Assembly: GCA_047495785.1 (NCBI GenBank)
Contig: JBLDXI010000015.1
Location: 4,960,001-5,024,000, forward strand
Origin: Lepidodermella squamata
Taxonomy: Eukaryota > Animalia > Gastrotricha
Direction of reading: 5' to 3'
Length of the DNA: 64,000 bases
Shown here: positions 37,801 to 49,217 of the stretch, piece by piece
Layout: each line of letters starts with the position of its first letter
How positions within the stretch are numbered: the first letter of the stretch is position 1
Translations under genes and position numbers: made by a program
Notes under the pieces: generated by a model
Seen by the model: the letters and a program-made list of their open reading frames with translations, nothing else
What the model was told of the DNA's origin: nothing
The model's database searches: none

Positions 37801-40800
37801 TATCGAACAGTTGATCCGATCGAATTACCGCTCGATGCCGCGATGTAGCCGTTCGGAAGAGGCGGAGGCGGGCCGCAAGTTGTTGGCGTGTTTCCTGCAA
37901 CAGAGCAAAGGATTTGTTAGATTATTGCTCAATTATGAAACCAGTGAAACCCGAGATGGCTTCTAATAAGCCGTTATAATAGGTAAACCCAAATGCAAAA
38001 TGGTGAAATTTTCTACCTCCTTCACGCGGATTTGTTGAACCTTATAAAGTAAAAATGTTCGGATAGAATTGGGTACTTGAATTTGGGATGGAAAAATGAG
38101 GCGGCTCATTCTTCTCGTTATACTAACCGACGCATTGCGGCACGGGTGACCACTGGCCAGAACTCATGCATGTAATGATATCACTGCCTCGCATTTGGAA
38201 AGTCGGGTTGCACGTGTACTTGACATTGGAGCCGGGAGCATTGCTGCTGCCGGGTGTAGCCACGTAGCCATTTGGAATCGTTGGCGGCTGGCCACACGTC
38301 ACAGTGTTTGCTATAAAAATCATCGCAATCCCGATTAGAATTCATCGAAACAAAACTAAGGCTCAATTCTTCCCATAGCAACCTTAGATTTGCGTGATAT
38401 TAAATTATTTTGTAAGTGTTATTAACCCAAAAGCAAAAGTTTTAAGAAGTAGCGGGATCCCGAGGCACTGAGTGTTAATTACGCTGGCAAGTTGGGGCTG
38501 GCGACCAGGTGAGATTTGACTGGCAGGTGATGTATTCGGAGCCGACGAGCCGGTAGCCGTCGTTGCAGCGGTACATGACGCGAGAGCCGACTTCGGTGAG
38601 CTCGCCGAATGAGGCGGCGTTGTTGACGAACCACGGCGCCCCGCAGTTACCAGGCTTGCTGGGCACGCAAGCCGGAACCGCAGACCACGTCGAGTCAGAA
38701 CGGCACGTGACACTTTCCGACGAGGTCAACTGGTAATTGGGGAAGCACTCGTAGACAACAAGTTGCGTTGTCTGCAGCTTGATGCGGCCGTTAGCAATGG
38801 CTGGCGCTGGTGGGCAGGGCATGACAATGGCGACGCATTTAGGCGGAGCCGTCCACTGCGCACTCGATTGGCAAGTGATCGACCCCTGGCCATCGAGGCG
38901 GAACCCGCGCTGGCACGTGTAGCCAACCACAGTTCCAATGGCGCTGTTCGTTGAATTGGCATCAGCGTTTGTTACGACTGGCGGTGCGCCGCAATTTCTT
39001 GTCGGAGGCGGCGTGGTACCGACGGGTAGGCAAGACGGGAAAGGCTGTTGCCACAAGCCGCTAGAGCACGAAATCGCCGCCGGACCATAGAGGTAAAAGT
39101 CTGAGGTTAAGCAGGCGTAGGTCGCTCGTTGGACGGTGTTCGAAAAAGTGGCGATGTAGCCATTATTAATGTTAGGTGGGGCGCCGCATGAGCCAGCCTG
39201 TTGGCAAGTCGGCATTGTTTCCCACTGAGTCCCGTTTTGACACCGTATCACCGGCTTGCCGACCAAAACGTAGCCGGTGAAACACTGGTACAATGTTTGA
39301 GTAGTGTTAGTCATGACAATCATTCCGTTGGGAATATCTGAAGGAGCGCCGCAGTTGCGACGAACGCAAGACGGCGCCGTAGTCCAAGATCCATCGGCTT
39401 GACACGTTATGGTTTCGGAACCGACTAGCATCCAACCAGGGGCGCAGCTGTAGGTTGCAGTCGAGCCGACGCTTGACGAGTCGCCACGGCTCACCGAGTT
39501 GGCGACGAATGGGACAGCCGGGCAGGCGACAGAAACGCATCGTGGGGATGATGTCCACGTCCGAGTCGCCGGGTTGCATTGCACAGACTCGGGACCGGCA
39601 GCGAATGAGAAGCCTTGGTTGCATTTGTAAACGACAGCCGAATTATTCTGGCTGGCAATCGCTGCGTTCGGTACGGTCGGAGCAGTACCGCATGGCGATC
39701 CACTGGGGACACAGCGAGGCACGTCAGACCATGACCCGGTGTTCTGGCAAGTCACCGCAGCACTACCAACCAGGGTGTATCCGGCGGCGCAGGAGTACTG
39801 GAAAAGCGAGCCAACGCCTGTGTCGGAGCTAATCGGACGACCAGCTCCGTTGGTGAGTTGAGGCGGCTGGCCGCAATCGCGAACGCACGACGGCAGTTGA
39901 GACCAAGTTCCATTCGTCTGACAAACGATGTAACCCATACCACGCATGAGATAGCCAGTCTGGCATGTATAGCTGACTACAGAACTGGCAGTTCGAGCTG
40001 TCGAATTAGCGTTGCCGTTAGGTACCGTTGGAACCGCTGGGCATGTGGTGGCACCGACGCAACGTGGCGGCGTCGACCAGGTTCCAGTGGTTTGGCACGT
40101 GACTCGGTCATTACCGACCATCGAATAGCCGGCTTGGCATGTGTAAGTTAGCATCGAGCCAACAGTGGTGGCTGATCCACCGGCTGGGTTCGTCCACATC
40201 GAGTTCGGTACGGCTGGCGGGGTTCCGCAGTCACGTTCGCAGCGAGGAGCGTTGGACCAAGTGCCGTTCGAAAGGCAGACTATCGTCGACGGGCCGACTA
40301 CAGCGTATCCAGTTAGACACTGGTAGCTGATGTAGGTGCCAAGGGTAGTTTGGGACGAATTTGCAGTAGCAGCTGGGACTTGTGGCACTGATGGGCAGGA
40401 AACAGCCGGAGCTGCCGGGGTGCAAAACGGGAGTTGGGACCACTGGCCATTCTGCTGGCAAACCGACTGGCGTGGGCCTTGTAGTACATAACCTGATAGA
40501 CAAGTGAAAGCCACGGACGCGCCAATGTTATTCGCTGTCCCGATAGCAGCACCATTCGTGATGGATGGTATCGTGCCGCAGGTTGATCGCTGTTGGACGA
40601 CGCACGACGGAATCGGAGACCAGCGGCCATCGGATTGGCAAACCACGGTGTCATTACCGACTAGGGTGTAACCTACATCGCATTGGTACTTCAGCACAGC
40701 GCCGACGAGGTTCGAAGATCCAATGACGATCGCAGACGAAACAATCGGGATGGTCGAGCAAGATACGACAGACGTCGTTGCTATTATCAGGAAATCAACT

Positions 40801-43800
40801 CAAGTTAATTCAGTGTTAAGAGCGGCATAGCCACTTTACGCGATATCAAATCCGTTGCGTTTACTCGCTGTATAAACCCGAAGCGTGAAGCGTCAATTTG
40901 GGAGCGTAGAAACAAAATAGCATGTTCAATTAATAAAAAGCGGGTGGGACATACCTGTGCAGGTTGGCGGGGTGCTCCAAGAACCGTTCGGTTGGCACGT
41001 GATTTTGTTATTGCCATTTAGCTTGAAGCCGTTCGAGCACGCGTAGTAGACTGAAGATCCGAGCACGGTGGCTGAGAATTGCGGCTGGGCGTTCGATACC
41101 GTCGGCGGCAGGCCGCAGTCGACCTGGCACGTCGGCGGCGTCGACCACATGTTGCTTGTCTGTTGGCACACGACCTGCGCGTTTCCGATCAGCGTGAAGC
41201 CGACGCGGCACGAGTAGAACGCAGTTGCGCCAGGCTGTGTGTTGTCGAACTGCACATCGCCGTTAGCGACCGGTGGCGGGCGACCGCAGCCCGGGGCCGC
41301 GGACGAGGCGGTGCACGATGGCGGCGACGTCCAAGTGCCGGAGCGCTGGCAGACGACGGTTGAGGCGCCTTGAAGTTGGTAGCCGACGCGGCACGAGTAG
41401 AGCGCCGTTGATCCGACTTTGCTAGCATCGAACTGAACATCGCCATTTGTGATCGCCGGCGGTCGTCCGCAGTCGACCGTCGAGCCGGTAGTTGTCGAAG
41501 CTGAAGAGGCAAGCGGTGAACACAAAACGAATTAAAGCGGGTAAGGTTAGGAACAGTTAGGCAAAACACAACATGACAAAACATATAAGAAGCGATAGGA
41601 AGCATAATGTAATAAAGCGGCAAGTAAACATAAGCGGACCTTGGTGACAGATGGGCGGCACGGACCAGCGGCCGTCCGGCTGGCAGCGGATGACAGGATC
41701 CCCAAGCATTTCATAGCCCGGTTGGCAGCGCCACGTGATGATGGCGCCCACCGAAGTGCGATCGCCAAAGTGATCAGCGTTCGGCACTTCGGGTATCGTA
41801 GAGCACATGACGGTGGCTGAAGCCCGATAAGTAACATAACATTATTAGTAAGTGCATAAATCCCAAAAGCAACAAATAATAAAATTGCACCGAAATATTA
41901 GCAAAAATGACTCACCGACGCAGGCTGGCGGAGTTGACCAGGTGCCGTCTGATTGGCAAACCGTTGTAGCCGGGCCTTGCAGGGCGTAACCAGCCTGGCA
42001 CGTGTAGGTAACACGGGCGCCAAAGCTCTGGTTTTCCCCATTCGAATTCGAGTTCGGAACAGTTGGAGGCTGGCCGCAACCGAGTGGAACTGAAGTTCAA
42101 ACAATTCATTAGCACTCACTCGTCCAGCTTAATCATTTAATCCGACACTTACCACAGGTAGTTCCTTGTTGTCGAGATTTCCCTGGATCGCAGACGCAGA
42201 CCGGGTTGACAGATGCCTTGGTGCACATCAGCAAAGCGTCGCATTCGAAGTTCTTCGAGCAAGCGTCGCCGAATGTCTTGCGACGAATCGTCGAACAGCC
42301 CCATTTACGAGCCGATCGGCGATTCGCCTCGCGCCGCACGCCAGTGATTTGCGTAAAGATCCAGCACTGTCCGTTGTACGGGTTGAAGTACGAAATACCG
42401 CGGCACTCCTTCGAGTACTTGCAGTACTTCTCGCAATCACCAAGATTCTGCACCTCTGGGTCATTTATGATGACCGAGTCGCCGATGAGGGCGACGTCGT
42501 AGCGAAGTTCAAAGTCAGAAATCAACGGCGTGCGGCAAGTGTCCTTGCAGAACTTTAGGAAGGCCTGATAGCCGGGCGCCAAACGCACCTCGGAGCTGAC
42601 GTAGGAATAGACCTTGCAAGACCCGCGGCTGTAAGAAACGGCCATGCAGGAGGATTGCTGACGGCAGAAGTTCCAGCAGTCACTAGCCATTGGCATGGTG
42701 ATCTCACTAAAAATGCCCTTGAAAGTAGCGTCCTCGATCTTCTCCTCAGCACAATCTAGATGGTTTCAATCAAACAAAACTCGCAAGTTAACAGCTGATC
42801 TCACTTGGAATTCAGGACAAATAACTAAAAAGTGAGTATAGTTTCTATGTTTAAAGGCGTAAAGCATGCAAAGCGAAATAAGCTCAAGTAAGAATAAAAG
42901 CGAGTGGGTGGCCGAATACCTTGCCGAATGACAGCCCGTGCGAGGGGCAGGTTGGCGTTTCGCTGGCGTAGACTCGGGTGCGCTGAGATAATTCGTTCGG
43001 CCTCGATCGTCTCGTGGAAGATGGGACCGGCAACAATGTCGGAAAGTTCGGTGTCGGAGAACGGCCCGACACCGGACTCGAAGAACGGGATGACGCCCTT
43101 GTTGGCGCGGCGGCTGTAGTGCACGCCGATGACGTCGCCTGAGCGCACCGGGATCTGATTCTCCTCGGGCACCTTATAGATGTTTGCGCCGCGCTTTTTC
43201 GGCTTCACGACGTTGTAGTCGACAAGTTCGTACTGGTTGAGCCCGCGTGGGCGCCACACAGCGAGAAAAGCAGCGGGCACGGAGCCGTTGCCAGCTACCG
43301 GTGCCGTGTTGAAATACTCCCACTCCTCAATGAAGCCGTTGCATTTAAGCGGTTCCGACGAAAATATTGTCAGATGTGCACTTGGCGGTTTAAGGCCATC
43401 TACAGGCGCTAGGGGCTTGCCCCAGTTACACGTGCTCGCTATATTTTAAAGCAATAGGTAAAATGTTAAGTCAAGCGTCAAGGAAAGCATTCTGTCGTCT
43501 TTTAAACGGTTAAAATTGCGTGCGCTCGGAAAAATTGTTACTTTCAAGCGTGCATTTTTTCAAACATGCGAAAGCAGTCACTTTTTACACATAATAACAT
43601 ATCAACAGATAAAGCCGAACGAACCTGATTCCATGGCGCGCAGACACCGAGGCGGCTGTGACCAGCTGCCAGAAACTTGGCACAACACCTCGGGAGCGCC
43701 TTGCATTTCGTAGCCGGTGTTGCACGAGTATATCACCCGGGCACCGATCGTTCGCTCGTAGTTCAGCGGGGCTAACGTTGCGCTGTCAACACGAGGCGCA

Positions 43801-46063
43801 TCGCCGCAGTTGACACCTAGAACGAATGTTACATCGGTTAATAATCAACAATAAAAAATCAGAGATCGAAAGTCAAGTGAGAAAAACAGCTATTAAAAGC
43901 ACATCAATAATCCCACAACTCTACATGTTGTCTAAATCTGTTGAATGAAATATTTGTCTAATCTACATTTTTGTAACAAACACACACGGAAAACGTTAAA
44001 ATAGGTTTAGGTGAAAGCGAAAATATTGTATAAAGCAATGTAAGGGTTTAGGGATAGGTGCAGAATAGTTAGACTGGGTTAAGTTCCGGGCAGACCTGTT
44101 GCATCTGACTGAACGGCTTGCTTTGGCACATGAGCCCGAGGCTTTGCCAGCCTCATCGGCTTGGCATGCTCAACACTCGGGCGCATTTGCTGCAGAAAAT
44201 CTGTTACACCAATTGATTTAAAGTTAACACGGTTAAATGATACTAGAAATAATGACTGGCAATAATTTGTTGACGCTCAATGATTAAAAAATAGGTATTT
44301 TGATTATATCGAACCTGGGCAGGTGTAGAACAAAATCTGGAACTGATCCATGGCAATATCACTGTACGAGGCACCTCCGACAATGCCTTCGAATGAGATC
44401 ATGAATTTCTAAAAGTGAAAAATTCGATTCGATATTATCCGAGAGGTAGGCTGAAATAACTTACGTTGATGTCGTTCGGAAGGTCTGAGAGCGCAAGATC
44501 GGGCACAGAGGCTTGAAGCCACCGATCCTGTTGCGAACCCGACTTCTCCCATAGAAGCTTTTTCGCCTCGCCGTAATTGAGATAGACATTCAACGTTCCG
44601 ATGGTGTTGCCGTACATGTGATAGTAAAAATGAACATTGAAGCAAATGGCGCGGCCTCGCATTGTTGCGGTTTCGAAGGCAGGGCTCGTCAGAACGGCGC
44701 GGTCGAGCAGATTGCGGCGAGTCGACTCAATGTATACGAAGGCGCCGTTGCCATTGATGTCGCCATCAGGGCCAGTGCCAGTTGTCGGCGTCGCTCCCGT
44801 CTGCCACGACCAGTCGAAGATGTCGGCATCTTTCATCTGCGAGAACCCGCACAGAGACTCATCGAATGAGCAGGAAAAATTGCCAACAACCGACGCCGGG
44901 CCTTCGACGTCTGGGCAAGTGCCAGCTAAGACGAAAATGTCATCGATTGCAATGTGGGAGTTTGTTCCGCCACGAATGCCGTCGTATAAAATTTGGAAAG
45001 AGCCGGATATCTCCAGGGTACGTTGATAAAAGTGCCACATGTTACCCAGCGATTCGCCGCCAAGCGTGGTCAAAGTTGCAATTTGCCCTGAAGTCTTTTG
45101 CTTAACACGCAACGATCCGATCGCAGTGCCGAACATGTGGTAGTAGAACTGAAGGCAGCAACGCGAAGTCGGGCACGAGATGTCACCCGAAGACATCGAA
45201 GTAACAGAGCCGTCCATGCCTTGGGCTGAGTTAGTATACATAAAATAGCCATCTTTACTTTTCAAGGTGTGGTCGATCGATGGTCCAGTTTGGGAGGTGG
45301 GCGGGAATCCTTGAGCTCGGGCCCATGAGAAACCGAACTGCTGATCAGGTTGAATCGCAAAGCCACAAGTGTCCTTCTCGAAATCGCAGCGAAACACTAC
45401 GTTGCCAAGAGCCATAACAGCGATCAACGCTGGAATTTGGTTGTTTGTTTCGGACGTAGGCGCCGCTAACGAGCCGCCAGCCGCTGCTAATGAAGCTTCC
45501 AAGTCACCATGAGCCAAATCAATACGCGCTACATCCGAATAATCGACGGTAGTGAACGGGCCTGGTTCGGCCTTGCTGAAGTAGGGTATGACTCCGACGG
45601 CGCCGTTTAGGCTGTCGTAGTGGTAGCCGATGCAGTCGCCTCGGCGCACTGCGATGGGACCACCAGACGCGTCACCGAGCGGCACGTAATTGTGGCCGAA
45701 CTTGTTGGCGAAGACACGAGTCGACGCCAAGCGCCGATACCGGTTGACACCGGTCGGCCGCCATACGTCCAGGTACATTACCGTATTATCACTAGTAGTA
45801 CTGTAAAACTCCCATTGTTGCACTGCTCCGTCGCAGTCGAACGTTAAATTCGGGTATATAAACAGGCCTCGCAGCGGCCTGACTTGAGGGTTGCTTTCAA
45901 TCCGCCGTCCGGCGATGCAAACACTTTCACCTGGAAAAAAACTCGAAACTAGAGGTGGATTCGATTTTCAATTGAATTACGTACCTGAAACGAGAATAGA
46001 TTGCCTGAATTGCGCCAAAAACGCGCACAAGGCAACAAAGCCGAGAGATATCCTCGTTAACAT
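22802..46063 (-). CDS. Giant (~6,100 aa, hand-summed) type I membrane protein: signal peptide, 13 copies of an unassigned ~160-aa domain, ~46 Sushi/CCP, 2 MAM, 2 PAN/Apple, EB/EGF-like modules, TM helix and short cytoplasmic tail; ~37 exons
   Basis: Signal exon 46063-45985 (MLTRISLGFVALCAFLAQF...). I traced a chain of GT-AG, frame-preserving exons down to the TM exon 23208-22802 (VLLPAILCAVLVVAGAGLSAAFVVL-RRRHRR). The Sushi pattern C-xx-P...Y/F-x-C-xx-G(Y/F)...C...W-S-xx-P-x-C recurs throughout. One candidate linker exon (~32453-32337) is uncertain. Confidence 0.85.
23439..23900 (-). other. About three membrane-proximal EB/EGF-like Cys-rich modules
   Basis: PCNENTMCPANSDC...CVCADGF, LNQRCDESVTC...CSCVSQW and LGERCAATDEC...CAGGVCRCRDGF. 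Confidence 0.65.
32600..34600 (-). repeat. Second tandem array of 10 Sushi/CCP modules
   Basis: Eight units in exon 34600-33050 and two in exon 32991-32539. Confidence 0.9.
38483..42089 (-). repeat. Tandem array of 18 Sushi/CCP modules, 13 of them in one 2.3-kb exon
   Basis: Counted from repeated four-Cys/Trp Sushi units in exons 42089-41916, 41816-41640, 41500-40955 and 40780-38483. Confidence 0.9.
42153..42755 (-). other. Two PAN/Apple-like modules plus one EB-like Cys module within the giant receptor
   Basis: DCWNFC...CMAVSY...CKVY and DCEKYC...CRGISY...CWIF fit the PAN pattern C-xxx-C...C-x-x-x-S-Y...C-x-L/I. They are followed by FGDACSKNFEC...C...CVCDPG. Confidence 0.75.
44315..45400 (-). 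other. Two tandem MAM domains within the giant receptor
   Basis: CDFEKDTCGF...W...TGPSIDHT...GYFMY...CLQFYYHMFG..IGSL...IAIDDI, then CSFDESLCGF...FDW...TGP.GD...FVYIES...FYYHMYG..IGTLNV...W...DIAMD. Confidence 0.9.
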
Positions 46064-49000
46064 AATCGCCAACGCGTTAGTTAACACACAGCAATTACCA
46101 TTCAGTGCTGCGTAAAAAATTTCTAGAAAAATAAACCAAATTTTTTTAAAGAAGCGTCGTCGAATAATGTCTCGAGCTGGGCTGAACAGTGGCATCGGCA
46201 CATCAACCGGTGATGCCTTGGCTTATGTTGATTTACTACCAACTAACTGGCCATCATCAGCGGCCGCGCGGCTGACCTCTGCGCGAGAAGTTATTAGTAG
46301 GCACCTTGCCGCAAATTCTTGCGCTCTAATGCCGTGCGCGAGGTGCCTTTGCGGGTTGGTTAAGTAGCCGAAGCGGAAGTGAACGGCGATAGCGCGCAGA
46401 TGATGACGGCGAAGATAATAATATTTATCGCAGAGATAACTCGCATTCCGCACTATCGCGACAACAAATTTTATCGCATCCGTCTTCGCACCGCATAAAC
46501 ACGCGCGAGTCAAGGTAGGTATACAGCAGCAGCTGATAGATAACACGTCGCTCTTCGTCGGCATGCAACAAGTTGCGAACAAGTCAGTAGTAGCGCTGAA
46601 AGATCAACCGCAGACAAAAAGCCGCGCGGTCAACAAAAACACAGGCGAGAGAGGAGATTCTGGCGAAAAAAACAGCCGCCGTTTCAGGTCGCGGCGTTTC
46701 GGGCGTGCGAGCGAGCTCGCGGTTGTGGCCGCCGTTTCGCCACGCGGCAAACAGCTAAAATCGAGACAAATATATTGATGAAGGCGATCTGAGTGAAAGA
46801 CAGCACGATCGGCAAATATTTGACGTGAAATAACTTCACAGAAAGTGTCCTCGCGCACCAACTTCCTAAACGCGCGTGCGCATAGACGTCTTTAACGCCA
46901 GCTATTAAGCGCCATCATCTCCCCCTCTCTCTCAGCTCTCTCCGCTGCCACAGCCACTATTGGCAGTCGAGCGAGTAGTAGCAGTAGTTGTGAACGACAG
47001 CAAGCAAATTTCGCTCTAAGGCCGCCCACTCATTGACGTTTGCCACTGCGCTGCCACGGTGGATGCTTCAGTGGCAAGGAGTGAGTGAAAAACGCTGAAT
47101 GAAAATAAACACAGCGTCGGTGGTTAGAGAACGCGTTTGCTCAACGCGTGGGTTCATTCATCGCGAGGCTAACTGCAATAACTTTGCATCATCGGCGCGC
47201 AAGAAAAAAAAATCTGTTAATTTTCAAGGCGTTGAACTGTAAGAAAAAAAGTGAACTTTCGGGCGAAATTGCGGCATAGCCACCAGGTGATAATTGCGAA
47301 GAATGTGTCAGAGGGCGGGCGGCAGGGACATCGGCCGGCTAGGACGACAGCGCTACAGCGTGTGACGGGCCTGGCGCGCCACGCCGTTTTGGCTAAACTC
47401 GGGCCATTAAGGTGGCGGCGGCGTTGGCGCCGTCAAGCATATCTTGTCGGCTTATGTGCTTACGCGGCGGCGGAAGCTCGGGCGGCAGCGTGTGTGGGAA
47501 CGCTCGGACTCGAAGGCATTTTGACACCAAACACACGCCGGCTAACAAGCGCTGTGACAAATTTTCAATAAACCAAATAATCCTGAGGGTATGCAAAACA
47601 AAGACGATGAGGCGAGGTGGGCGGAACGGAGGGCCCGCATCCGTCCGGGCACCGAGGGCGCGGTTGTTTATCGAACGGCCACTGGCAACACGCGTAATCG
47701 CGAGTGGCACTACCGCTGTTGCTCTGGATTAAACAGCTGGTGACGACGATACGCCCGTCGTCAACGGGGAGCGCACCACCGTCAAGGGTGTTTGTGTTGT
47801 ATGTACTGCGTATGATGAGGGGCGCCTCTGCTCATCGGCGCCGCTGTCGCCGTGGCCGGCAGCAGCAGCGGCGGGCGGCGGCGGCGTTGATGTGATTGCC
47901 GCCGTGCGTGCAATTTGGCTGTTGTATGCGCAAACGTAATAAGAAGCGTTACAACAAGAGCATCACGAGAGATTTCGGACGAAAGTAAAGTATGCGGACG
48001 GATGATGACGACTCGGCTAATAGAGTGGGCGCGCCGGCCGAGCCCGAGCGTTGACTCTGTGACCGAAATCGCCGTCGTCGTCGTCGTCGCCGTCGCCGTG
48101 GTCTTCGTCTTCGGCGCCGCGCCAGCCACGTCCACACCGCCCGGCAACAGGTAGGGTATACGACGGCTATAGAACGCAGTAGCAGCAGCGCGGGAAACAA
48201 ACACAACAGATCAAACACCTTGTGCACACAGCGAATCCCTGCCCGCCGGCAGCACGGACGGGCGCGCATCCTCAACGCGCATCCACGTTCGTATTTGCAG
48301 AATCTCGTGCGGGGGCTTAATTAGAATGTTTACCGAGCGTTCAAATTACCACGCTTGTCCATTCTGCAGTTGCCGCAAGAGATGGCTCTTGCGTTGCAGA
48401 GGAGTCGCCAAAGCTAAAATATCGTTGCCGAGGTAACAGCGATCAGCCGCGCACGAGGCACGCCGTCGTTCGCGTAATCACGGCCTGATTTGAGCGCGCG
48501 CGCTGCAATAAAAATGGGGGCGGCGCAATCGAAGCCAAGCGCAACAAGCCAACACACACGCGCTCACTGTTTGACAAAATGACGACAAAAAGGTGCCATC
48601 AAGATCACGTCAAGACGTAATTGATACCACGAGCCGCAGCAGCATTACGTCGTCGGTTCGATGGAAATCAAAAATGCGCGACAATAAATCGAGACGCCGC
48701 GAAATGTCACATTGCTCCTTTTGCGAAATGCCAACGTCAAATAAACAATGCCAAAAATCCACAGTGGCGACACGGGCGCGGCGTTTCTTCTTCGCCCCTC
48801 TATTATTATATTGTTGTTGAATAAAACATCAGCTCGACGATTTTTGTCGGCCGTGCGCAACGCGGCAGTGACGCGCTCGCAAACAAATCCGAAGGCTGTT
48901 ACCGAATTGCACGCGGCAACAATACCAGGCAACATCAACAAAAAGAAAGAGAGTGACTTGAAATAACGGGCGCGTTTATTATCCTGTGTCGGAAATAACA

Positions 49001-49217
49001 ATAAAGCAATGGCTATATAATTACTAACATGAAGCTAAAGGTTTTCTGTATTTTTTCAGCATTATTCCAGACAAATGAACAACAATTTCGTCTGGATACC
49101 TGAAAATCTTCAGCAAGAATTTTACAGGTTGTGCGCAGACAATTGTTCGCTTTGAGCTAATCCGAAAATTCGGAGGTTCATAGGGACACTAAATGCTAAA
49201 AGAATGTGTATTGAATA

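Noticed and set aside
28442-41870. The repeated motif as a CRISPR-like array or transposon remnant
   Set aside because: Copies are only ~9-11 bp, irregularly spaced and confined to spliceosomal introns, with no TIRs or cas genes.
22802-46063. Calling the giant gene CSMD, SVEP1 or complement receptor/factor H
   Set aside because: No CUB, vWA or pentraxin signatures are present, and the interspersed domain, MAM and PAN modules do not fit those architectures.
25128-46063. A Dscam-like docking site complementary to the repeated intron motif
   Set aside because: I found no convincing sense-strand ACCCAAAAGC by eye. The only candidate was a loose GCTCAAAAAGC near 25219-25229, too weak to claim.
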